From Corallococcus macrosporus (GTDB taxonomy: Bacteria > Myxococcota > Myxococcia > Myxococcales > Myxococcaceae): DNA of 32,000 bases. Below are positions 7,775 through 15,066 of this stretch, one piece after another (within the stretch, counting starts at the first letter, position 1; every line of letters starts with the position of its first letter). Position numbers and translations under genes: made by a program. The DNA is taken from positions 816,869 to 848,868 of the forward strand of contig NZ_JAFIMU010000004.1 of assembly GCF_017302985.1 (NCBI RefSeq), in the 5' to 3' direction. The notes beneath the pieces were generated by a model that was not told the DNA's origin, did not search any database, and was given only the letters and a program-made list of their open reading frames with translations.

Positions 7775-9124
7775 TCAATCGGACGCCAGCGATCCCGCCT
7801 CCCGCAGATAGCAGTACTCCCGCAGCGCGGCCCGTCTGAGCGCATCCACGTGGGCGAAGCCGGCCTCGTTGCTGAAACGCTCGAGGTCGGTAGGGATGGA
7901 CCGGCCGAGCCGCTCGGTGAAGTACCACTCCCAGAGCGCGTTGTCGGTGAGCCCGGCCTCGTCCAGCCCGGGCCGCTCCAGGCCGGCCCGGGCCAGGACC
8001 CGCTCCTTGTCCTCCAGGCGCTCCATCAGCGCCCCGTAGAGCCCGCGGGCGCGCAGATGATCCGGCAGGCAGCGGAGCACCTCGGGCTCGAGCAGCGCCT
8101 CGATCCTGCGCACCCGGGCCTCGTCCTCGAAGAAGCGCACGGGGGCCTCCAGCCGTTGCTCCGCCACCCAGTGTTCGAACTGCCTCAGGGTGAGCAGGTC
8201 CTTCTCGCGGCGGAATGCCTCGCAGGTCCGTCGCAGCCCCTCCGCATCCACCGTATCCGCCTGCCTTCGCGCCTCCTCCAGGGCCAGGGCTCGCGCCAGG
8301 GCGCCGGCACGGACCCGGGGCAGGAGGCCGGACACCCGCAGCTCCTCGAGCAGCGCCTCGCTCGCGAGGGTTTCGCGCGCCGGGGCTCCGGTGGGAAGCC
8401 GGCCCGCGCTCTGGCATGCGTCCGCCCAGGCGTCGGTATGCGCGAAGGCGTACGTCACCTGCTTGGGGCCGGGGCGGGCCGTCTGGTGGTCCCGCAGCGC
8501 GTGCAGCAGGGCCAGCGCATCGGCGCGCTTCTGGTCGACCCGTCCTCGCGGAAGCCATTCGCGCAGCCCTCGTAGCTCGTCCGGGGGCACCCCCTCACGG
8601 GGGGCCTGCGCGAAGAGTGCCGGCCAGCTCCGCTCCGGGTAGTGGAGCGCCTTGGCGAGCCGCACCAGCGTCGTGTGGGCTGGCGCGCTGATGACGCCCG
8701 CGCGCTCGGCGCCCTTCAGGGTGGCGCGGATGTTGACCAGGGCCTCCGACAGCGAGCGGAAGCCGTCCTCCGCGGATGCGTGAGCGATGGCCACCTCGTC
8801 GTCGTCCTCCAGCTCGCCACCCTGGAAGGCCTCGAAGATGGCGCCCACGCCCTGCATCCCGAAGGGCGCCAGCTCCGCCGCGCGCAGCGCGCCCATGCTC
8901 GAGGCGCCGAAGACGTGGATGCCCTCGGACATGGCCCAGAGGAGCTCCTTGTGCCAGACAGCGGGCACGTCATCAAAGTAGCCATCGATGAGTCCAATGG
9001 CCTCCGGGCGATCGAGCGCCGTCCGGTAGAGGTCCCCCTGGGCCGCGGGGGGAAGGAACACGGCGTCCAACTCGCGCGCCGCCTCCTGGGCGCCGAGCGT
9101 GGGCCCGGTGAAGACGTAGATCAT
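7775..9124 (-). CDS. TfuA-like protein with a long C-terminal helical extension, cassette B
   Basis: Starts MIYVFTGPTLGAQEAARELDAVFLPPAAQGDLYRTALDRPEAIGLIDGYFDDVPAVWHKELLWAMSEGIHVFGASSMGALRAAELAPFGMQGVGAIFEAF. ATG 9124-9122 overlaps the YcaO stop 9123-9121 (ATGA). The upstream part of the listed 543-aa ORF lies inside the YcaO gene and is rejected. Confidence 0.88.
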   Translation of the reverse strand: MIYVFTGPTLGAQEAARELDAVFLPPAAQGDLYRTALDRPEAIGLIDGYFDDVPAVWHKELLWAMSEGIHVFGASSMGALRAAELAPFGMQGVGAIFEAFQGGELEDDDEVAIAHASAEDGFRSLSEALVNIRATLKGAERAGVISAPAHTTLVRLAKALHYPERSWPALFAQAPREGVPPDELRGLREWLPRGRVDQKRADALALLHALRDHQTARPGPKQVTYAFAHTDAWADACQSAGRLPTGAPARETLASEALLEELRVSGLLPRVRAGALARALALEEARRQADTVDAEGLRRTCEAFRREKDLLTLRQFEHWVAEQRLEAPVRFFEDEARVRRIEALLEPEVLRCLPDHLRARGLYGALMERLEDKERVLARAGLERPGLDEAGLTDNALWEWYFTERLGRSIPTDLERFSNEAGFAHVDALRRAALREYCYLREAGSLASD

Positions 9125-10365
9125 GAAGCGTGCTCCCCCAGCACCTTCCGGGCGCGGGTGCCCGGGGTGTAGCCCGGCGTGCCGTGTTCGGGCTCCAGGC
9201 CGGGAACGACCACCCGCGCCACGGGGATGCGGAACTCGGGCCGGGTGAGGTCCACCACGGCGGCCTGCCGCAGCCCCGCCGCCGCCAGGCGCTCCAGCTC
9301 CCACGCCACGTCCTCGTCGAACGAGCGGCCCACGAAGGTGGAGACCTCCTGGAAGCACCGCGTGGGCGACTCGCCACGCATCCGCTCCACCTCCCGGCGC
9401 CAGCATTCTGGATCCTGGTAGGCCCGGTAGCAGCGGGCCACCCCCATGTCGTCGCGGGCGCCGGAGATGAGCGTGGCGCGCACCTGAAGCGCCTCGGTGA
9501 GTGCACGCAGCAGGGCGATCTCCCGGCTGGGATGACAGCCCGAGCCCGAGGTCGGCGCGCGCGGACGCAAGGGATCCAGCGAGCGCTCGGCGAGGGTGCA
9601 GAGGAAGGCGGGCAGCCCCACGTCGCTGGTCGTCTCCCAGACGGCCACCTCCAGATCGGCGCGCCCGACCTGCTCCAGCACCTGGAGGCAGGAGGCGTCC
9701 TCGACCGTGTCCAGCCGCAGCCGCGTGCGGCGCCGGGCGTGGTCACCCTGGAGGTGCCACAGGGTATTGGCGTCTCGCTCCACGACCTCGCACAGGCCGT
9801 GGCTGATGGCCTCCAGCAGGTGGTTGCCGGAGGCCAGCCCGTTGGAGCCCATGAGGAACGCGCCGCTGCCCTCGGGCAGCGGCAGGGTGAAGTCGGTGTG
9901 GACCAGCTCGTAGGGCAGCCACAGCGGCTCGCCGGTGGCGAGGTCGCGCCCTTCGACCCACAGCAGGCGCCGCGCCGGGTGGAAGTCGCTCACGGACAGT
10001 CGCGGCAGCGCGGCCACGTCCACCACGGGCTGGTGGGCCCGCAGCTCGTCGTAGCTGGCGCGCCGCAACGGCAGACAGATGTGCTCGGCATGGTAGGACT
10101 CCACCGCCTCCATCACTCCGGAGACCTTGGCGGCGGTGAGGTCCAATCCCTTGCCCTGGGAGATCGCCAGCGAGCGTGCATTGGGCCGGCAGACCGAAAC
10201 CACGGGAACACCGAGGCGGTCCAGGCCCGTGATGTTGGCGACGCGGGTGATGCCCATCGCCGGCAGGAAGGGGCGCACGCGCCGGAGCGTCTCCTCGGGA
10301 GAGACCATCCGGTGCGTGCCCAGGCAGTGCCTCTTGGGGGCCTGCGCCGCGAGGGAGCGGTTCAT
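9121..10365 (-). CDS. YcaO-domain protein (stand-alone, TfuA-associated type), cassette B
   Basis: Contains ...SGNHLLEAISHGLCEVVERDANTLW.... The start at ATG 10365 is chosen because it gives MNRSLAAQAPKRHCLGTHRMVSPEETL, which is co-linear with MRVFPPGPQAPKHHRAGTHRLIPPEETL of paralogue A. It also overlaps the upstream stop as ATGA. The ORF track's GTG at 10413 is the alternative. Confidence 0.9.
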   Translation of the reverse strand: MNRSLAAQAPKRHCLGTHRMVSPEETLRRVRPFLPAMGITRVANITGLDRLGVPVVSVCRPNARSLAISQGKGLDLTAAKVSGVMEAVESYHAEHICLPLRRASYDELRAHQPVVDVAALPRLSVSDFHPARRLLWVEGRDLATGEPLWLPYELVHTDFTLPLPEGSGAFLMGSNGLASGNHLLEAISHGLCEVVERDANTLWHLQGDHARRRTRLRLDTVEDASCLQVLEQVGRADLEVAVWETTSDVGLPAFLCTLAERSLDPLRPRAPTSGSGCHPSREIALLRALTEALQVRATLISGARDDMGVARCYRAYQDPECWRREVERMRGESPTRCFQEVSTFVGRSFDEDVAWELERLAAAGLRQAAVVDLTRPEFRIPVARVVVPGLEPEHGTPGYTPGTRARKVLGEHAS

Positions 10366-10718
10366 TTCTTCGTGCTGCTCTTCCGGAGGCTGGCGAGATT
10401 CATGAGGAGGCACGCGCAGCCCACGCCCGGAAGGCTGTTGGCGGGCACATCCGCCAACACCACGCCCTGACCCACCAGGACGCTCATCTGGGGGGTCACG
10501 TCTTGAGGAAGCTCGGTGGATTCGTAGTCTTCCTTCTTGACCCAGAAGAACTTCTTTCCGGTCGGGCCGAGGATCACCAGGTCATCCGGGCCGACGATCT
10601 CGATATCAACGGCCTTCGGCTGGCGCTGCGCCCGTGCCTTCGCGACCCGGGCCGCCGGGCGCTGCCGAGGGCTTGTCTTCTTCTTCGGGGCCTCCGGTGG
10701 ATTTCGACGAGTTGCCAT
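10362..10718 (-). CDS. Candidate YcaO/TfuA substrate protein with a single module and a Lys/Arg-rich N-terminus
   Basis: 118 aa from ATG 10718, with GAGGGA 6 nt upstream: MATRRNPPEAPKKKTSPRQRPAARVAKARAQRQPKAVDIEIVGPDDLVILGPTGKKFFWVKKEDYESTELPQDVTPQMSVLVGQGVVLADVPANSLPGVGCACLLMNLASLRKSSTKK. It has the same module as the two copies in 1560..2393. Confidence 0.75.
   Translation of the reverse strand: MATRRNPPEAPKKKTSPRQRPAARVAKARAQRQPKAVDIEIVGPDDLVILGPTGKKFFWVKKEDYESTELPQDVTPQMSVLVGQGVVLADVPANSLPGVGCACLLMNLASLRKSSTKK
10386..10583 (-). repeat. Third copy of the DL[IV]I...VG-x-G-x-V-x-AD...G-x-x-C...NLASL module (residues 46-111 of the 118-aa protein)
   Basis: By-eye alignment with 1989..2198 and 1665..1853. 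Confidence 0.75.
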
Positions 10719-10817
10719 GACGATCCCTCGCTTTGTCTGGGTGTTTGTTTCAGAGACAGATCCCGCTGCTCTTGAACGGACTTCGCTCCAGCCGGACAAC
10801 ACGGCCTGACATGGAGG

Positions 10818-11555
10818 TCAGCCGGCTCCGGGCCCGGACGGGTTGGTTGTGTACCCGGAGGCATTGACCCTCCCCGGTCCGGGGATCGGTATGCGGCCCC
10901 CGAAGGCTTGGATTCCATGCATCAGGTCCTGATGTTGGACCGTGTTGCTGTTGAGCTCGGCGTAGGGAATGACGTCCTTCAGCTTGTGCATCATCTGGTC
11001 GAGCGCGTTCGCGTCTTTGAGCCGCCACAGGTGCATGACGCGGTGGGGAGGATGGAGGCCATGGCCGGCGGCCAGCAGCGTCCAGCCGTTGTCCTGGAAT
11101 GCGGGCAGTATCTCCGTCATGATTTCACTGAAACGGCTCAGATTGCCGTCCTTCACATCCAATTGGACGTGGAGGAGATGGCTGTTGGCGGTGAGCTCGG
11201 CGTCTGGCCTCCCGCTCGGCGCATAGCTCATCGCACGCAGCAACTCGACGTCACGCTGCTCGCAGTGGCTCATGAGCTGCGTGTATTGCTGGTTGTCCAT
11301 CATGCCCGCCGCATCCATCACGCACTTGGTGTCGCTGCCAGCGTAGAGCTCGAGGATCCTGATGGGGAGGCCTGTCAGGGAATAGCAGGTGGCAAACCGT
11401 GACCAGCCGAGCTTGCTTGCGTCACTGCTCAGTCTGATGAGGTCCTGCGTGATGAACTCCGCGGCCTTGCTTGGCTTCACGGTGCTCGTGACGTGAAGGT
11501 AGACTCGCGGCTGGGCAGGCTCCTGCGGAGTCGTTTCGTCCTCTGGATTTCCCAT
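10818..11555 (-). CDS. Hypothetical protein, probably a tandem ferredoxin-like alpha+beta barrel (NIPSNAP/Dabb-like pattern), cassette B
   Basis: 245 aa from ATG 11555, with GGAAGG 6 nt upstream. Both halves show the strand-helix-strand pattern (VYLHVTSTVKPSKAAEF...ILELYAG and LLHVQLDVKDGNLSRFSEIMTEILPAFQDNGWTLLAAGHGL...VMHLWRLKD). It is homologous to 2436..3176. Confidence 0.6.
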   Translation of the reverse strand: MGNPEDETTPQEPAQPRVYLHVTSTVKPSKAAEFITQDLIRLSSDASKLGWSRFATCYSLTGLPIRILELYAGSDTKCVMDAAGMMDNQQYTQLMSHCEQRDVELLRAMSYAPSGRPDAELTANSHLLHVQLDVKDGNLSRFSEIMTEILPAFQDNGWTLLAAGHGLHPPHRVMHLWRLKDANALDQMMHKLKDVIPYAELNSNTVQHQDLMHGIQAFGGRIPIPGPGRVNASGYTTNPSGPGAG

Positions 11556-11699
11556 CGTCAACCTTCCGTGGCGCGTGCGTCTGGCCAGGGCTCGGTTCGC
11601 CGCCCCGTTCGACACGGAAATTAAGCATTGGAATCCCTGGACCCGCTGTCCCGCGGGAGCATCCGGATGCACAAGATGGAGCAGTCGGCATGTCCGGCC

Positions 11700-12074
11700 T
11701 CACTCCGCGCGTGCTGCCCGCCGGCGGGCCTCCTCGAGTGTCCGGGTCACCACTTCCACGAACCGGGTCAGGTCCCCAGATTTGAGGAGGAAGGTCAGGA
11801 CACCTGGGGCATGGGGATTCTGCGAAGCGCTGTGCATGATGATGGGGAGCCCCTGGAATTCCTTCACCTGCGCGAGCGCGGTGCACAGCTCAACGCCAGT
11901 CATGCGAGGCATCATGCAGTCCGTCACGACCAGGTCTGGCCGCTCACGCAGGGCCAGCGCCAATGCCTGCTCTCCATCCTGTGCGAGCAGGGTGCGGTGT
12001 CCCAGCAGCCCAAGGACCTCGGAAAGGATCTCGAGGATCTCGGTGTCGTCATCGACGAGAAGAATGGTGCTCAT
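11700..12074 (-). CDS. Single-domain response regulator (CheY-like receiver)
   Basis: MSTILLVDDDTEILEIL...RPDLVVTDCMMPRMTGVEL shows the acidic pocket DD and phospho-acceptor D typical of receiver domains. Confidence 0.88.
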   Translation of the reverse strand: MSTILLVDDDTEILEILSEVLGLLGHRTLLAQDGEQALALALRERPDLVVTDCMMPRMTGVELCTALAQVKEFQGLPIIMHSASQNPHAPGVLTFLLKSGDLTRFVEVVTRTLEEARRRAARAE

Positions 12075-12199
12075 GGTGATCGTCCCCCCCTTGGAAGCCG
12101 ACGCTCTGACATGAGCGCCGCTCCTCCTTCCTCAAGACCCGGGAATCCCGCGGTGTGATGGGCGGGACAGGTTCCCGCGACGCACCCGGAGGATCAGCC

Positions 12200-12823
12200 G
12201 TGCAAGCAGACAACCAGACGAGATGGGACGACGAGATTCACGACCTCTGCCGGCGAAAGCAGATGAACCAGGCCGTGGAATTGGCGGTGCGCGGCTACGG
12301 GCCAGAGGTTCGCCGGCTGATGTTCGCCATCCTCCAGGATGATGCGCGCGTCCAGGATGCCTTCGGCCTCTTTTGCGAGGGCCTGGTCAAAGGACTGCCG
12401 CGCTTCCGGTGGGAGAGCTCCCTCTGGACCTGGATCCAACGCATGGCACGCAACGCCTGCTACAAGCAGGTGAATGCAGCCGCCGTGCGGTATCCGCACC
12501 TGCGCCTGTCCGAGGCGCCCGAGCAGCCCGCGGGCCGACGCTCCTTGACGGATCCATGGCAGCGCACGCTCGTGAAGGAGCGCTTCCGGGCCTTGCGGCG
12601 CAAGCTGGAGCCACAGCAGCAAAGGCTTCTGGAGCTTCGCCTGGACCAGCGGCTTCCCTGGACGGAGGTGGTCCGGTTGATGGCGACCGCCGAGGAGCCG
12701 CTGACGCAAGAAGCGCAAGCCCGCCGGGCGGCGGCACTGCGCCAGCAGTTCCAACGCGCGAAGTCCCACCTGCGCTCCCTGGCCGTGCAGGAAGGGCTGC
12801 TCGCTTATCAAGACACGATGTAG
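12200..12823 (+). CDS. ECF-type RNA polymerase sigma-70 family factor
   Basis: The region 2-like segment is VRRLMFAILQDDARVQDAFGLFCEGLVKGLPRFRWESSLWTWIQRMARNACYK. The region 4-like segment is QQRLLELRLDQRLPWTEVVRLM. GTG at 12200 is preferred because GGAGGA lies 6 nt upstream. The ORF track start is 12155. Confidence 0.8.
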   Translation: MQADNQTRWDDEIHDLCRRKQMNQAVELAVRGYGPEVRRLMFAILQDDARVQDAFGLFCEGLVKGLPRFRWESSLWTWIQRMARNACYKQVNAAAVRYPHLRLSEAPEQPAGRRSLTDPWQRTLVKERFRALRRKLEPQQQRLLELRLDQRLPWTEVVRLMATAEEPLTQEAQARRAAALRQQFQRAKSHLRSLAVQEGLLAYQDTM

Positions 12824-12842
12824 CAGGGCGCCACCGCGCTCG

Positions 12843-12871
12843 CGTGCCCCATGTGAGTGAATCGGGGCACG
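12843..12871 (+). terminator. Possible hairpin downstream of the sigma-factor gene
   Basis: An 8-bp stem cgtgcccc/ggggcacg with a 13-nt loop, 20 nt after the stop codon. No U-tract follows. Confidence 0.25.
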
Positions 12872-13272
12872 TCGAGCCCACAGGGCAGTTCCCTCCAGTC
12901 TTGGAGACATTTGGGAGACGGGGGGACCCTCCTGCAACGTCGCAGCGCCTCGGCTTGACATCCCGCCGGGAGATCAAGTTCCCTAGACTGAACGCGGTCT
13001 GCTCGCGCGCAGTCCCATCACCAGCCCATGCCTGGTGAAGGTCTGGGACGAAGGGGATTCGATTCCTCGGGCTCTGTGCAGCAGGTCGCATCGCTTCCTC
13101 TGCGGAACGCGAGCGCATGGGGCTTCGCACCGCGTCGAGGCAGGCGATGACCGTCCGTCGGAATGAAAAGAAGAGGGCTCGTGCGCTCCAGAAGCAGAGC
13201 GGCGAGCCGTATACGGCCGTTCTCGAACGCCTCCGGCGCTCTCACGCAATTGTTTCGCGAGTGAGGACCCAA

Positions 13273-14076
13273 ATGGCTGAGATCGACTTGAGCAAGCCCA
13301 TCGTCTACCGCGTCGAGGGGATGAACCACACGGCAACGCGGCGCAACGAAGTCTACCTCGTGGACGGAGACGAGAAGCTGCTGATGGACCTGCAGCTGCC
13401 GCCCAACCTCCCATCCGGAGCCCGGGTACCGGCCATCTTCTTCGTCCACGGCGGCCCCATCCCGCGAGAGGGCGTGCCACCCAAGGAGTGGGGCATCTTC
13501 CAGTCCTACTCGGCGCTCGCGGCAGCGTCCGGGTTCGTGGGGGTGGCTTTCAATCATCGCCTGCACACGCCGGAGGACTACCCCCGCTCCCAGAGCGACA
13601 TCGCCGCGGCGGTGGAGTACGTCCGGATCCACGCGGACAGGCTGAACGTGGACCCGTCCCGGATCGCGCTCTGGTATTTCTCAGGCGCAGGACCGCAGCT
13701 CTCGTGGGTCCTCCGCGAACGCCCGACCTCCGTGCGCTGCGCGCTCGCGTTCTATGCGCTCCTCGACGTCCGGGCCCTCGTGCCTCCGGGGGCGCCGCCC
13801 GTCCTCCTGGAGCAGGCTGCCGCCTACTCGCCCGCCGCGCTCGTAGGGACACGGGCCAAGGGGCTGCCCCTCTTCGTCGCCCGGGCCGGCCAGGATTCGC
13901 CGATGGTGAACCAGTCGATTGACGCCTTCATGCGCGAAGCAGCCGCTGCCGACGTTCAGATTGACTTCGCCGACCACCCGGAAGGCCGTCACACCTTCGA
14001 CGTCCTGGACGACGTCGAGCGCTCCCGCGAAATCATTGCTCAAGCGATGGCCTTCGTAAGGGCGCATCTCCTGTAG
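13273..14076 (+). CDS. Alpha/beta hydrolase fold protein (esterase/peptidase-like)
   Basis: Has an HGG oxyanion motif (PAIFFVHGGPIP), the nucleophile-elbow-like stretch ALWYFSGAGP, and a late His (HPEGRHTF). ATG at 13273 is preferred because GAGGA lies upstream and third-position GC rises sharply from there. In-frame starts at 13117 and 13147 remain possible. Confidence 0.65.
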   Translation: MAEIDLSKPIVYRVEGMNHTATRRNEVYLVDGDEKLLMDLQLPPNLPSGARVPAIFFVHGGPIPREGVPPKEWGIFQSYSALAAASGFVGVAFNHRLHTPEDYPRSQSDIAAAVEYVRIHADRLNVDPSRIALWYFSGAGPQLSWVLRERPTSVRCALAFYALLDVRALVPPGAPPVLLEQAAAYSPAALVGTRAKGLPLFVARAGQDSPMVNQSIDAFMREAAAADVQIDFADHPEGRHTFDVLDDVERSREIIAQAMAFVRAHLL

Positions 14077-14182
14077 CGACAGCAGGGTCTTTCTTCGTAT
14101 CCGTCCGGAGACGCGAAGGGGCCTGAAAACACCGAGGCCGGAAACCGCTGGGTCTCAGCGGCTTCCGGCCTCGGTCCTTCAG

Positions 14183-14255
14183 TGTCCCCGACGGGATTCG
14201 AACCCGTGTTACCGGCTTGAAAGGCCAGCGTCCTGGGCCTCTAGACGACGGGGAC
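14183..14255 (-). tRNA. tRNA-Glu (anticodon UUC)
   Basis: The reverse strand reads GTCCCCGTCGTCTAGAGGCCCAGGACGCTGGCCTTTCAAGCCGGTAACACGGGTTCGAATCCCGTCGGGGACA. It has a 7-bp acceptor stem, anticodon loop CUUUCAA and a GGTTCGAATCC T-arm. CCA is not encoded. Confidence 0.92.
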
Positions 14256-14267
14256 GTCGTCACTGCT

Positions 14268-14340
<73 letters not shown>

Positions 14341-14523
14341 GCTATTCTTTTTTGCACGGCTCGGAGCCGCCAGCGGTTCCGCGAGGCGCTTCCTACCAGC
14401 AGCGCCCGGGGAGTTCCACTGGCGATCGCAGGCGCCGCTTCCTGACACGCTCCGTCCTGGCCCCGGTGAACATCCCGCCCCCGGCGCCCTCCGCCCGTCA
14501 GCGTCCGGCGCTATACACAGGGC

Positions 14524-15057
14524 ATGTCCCAGGAAGTTCCCGAACCGCCCGACGCCGAGGACGAAGAGGCAGGGGAGCAGGCCCCGTTCCGCCGCTACCT
14601 CACCCGGGTGGGCGCCGAGCGCATGCACCGCGAGCTCCTCCAGCTCCTCAACGAGGCGCGCCCCAAGGTCACCGCCGAGGTGTCCGCCGCCGCCGCCCAG
14701 GGCGACCGTTCAGAAAACGCCGAATACATCTACGGCAAGAAGCGCCTGAGGGAGATCGACCGGCGCATCCGCTTCCTCCAGAAGCGCCTGGATACCGCCA
14801 CCATCGTCAACCCGGCGGAACAGGAGGACCGCTCGAAAGTCTACTTCGGCGCCACCGTCACCCTGGAGGACGAGGCCGGAAGCCGCAGCACGTACCAGAT
14901 TGTCGGTTCGGACGAGATCGACGCCTCCGGAGGCCGCATCAGCGTCGAGTCACCCATGGGCCGCGCGCTGCTGCGCAAGGCCCCGGGCGACACCGTGGAG
15001 GTGCGGCGCCCCCGGGGTGAGATTGAGCTCACCCTGGTGGACATCCGCTACGACTAG
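14524..15057 (+). CDS. GreA/GreB family transcription elongation factor
   Basis: Has the N-terminal coiled-coil signature ...AAAQGDRSENAEYIYGKKRLREIDRRIRFLQKRL... and the C-terminal domain VYFGATVTLEDE...ISVESPMGRALLRKAPGDTVEV. Confidence 0.88.
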   Translation: MSQEVPEPPDAEDEEAGEQAPFRRYLTRVGAERMHRELLQLLNEARPKVTAEVSAAAAQGDRSENAEYIYGKKRLREIDRRIRFLQKRLDTATIVNPAEQEDRSKVYFGATVTLEDEAGSRSTYQIVGSDEIDASGGRISVESPMGRALLRKAPGDTVEVRRPRGEIELTLVDIRYD

Positions 15058-15066
15058 GACACCCCC

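Noticed and set aside
7775-9406. The listed 543-aa version of the TfuA ORF, the 9121..10413 version of YcaO-B and the 10362..10802 version of the module protein.
   Set aside because: The upstream extensions overlap the preceding genes. They lack similarity to the cassette A paralogues, whose N-termini align exactly with the shorter starts (9124, 10365, 10718). The shorter starts also have SD-like sequences or ATGA coupling.
11556-11699. A sigma-54 type -24/-12 promoter (GG-N10-GC) upstream of cassette B.
   Set aside because: The best candidate on the minus strand is GGGATTCCAATGC. Its GG-to-GC spacing is wrong (8-9 nt instead of 10) and it lacks the TGGCAC/TTGC context.
13117-13272. A possible N-terminal extension of the hydrolase (MGLRTASRQAMTVRRNEKKRARALQKQSGEPYTAVLERLRR...), or a separate small DNA-binding peptide or anti-sigma factor downstream of the ECF sigma.
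   Set aside because: Third-position GC here is only about 70%, against about 90% in the hydrolase body. A good GAGGA precedes ATG 13273. No TM or zinc-binding anti-sigma motif is present. It is kept as an alternative start only.
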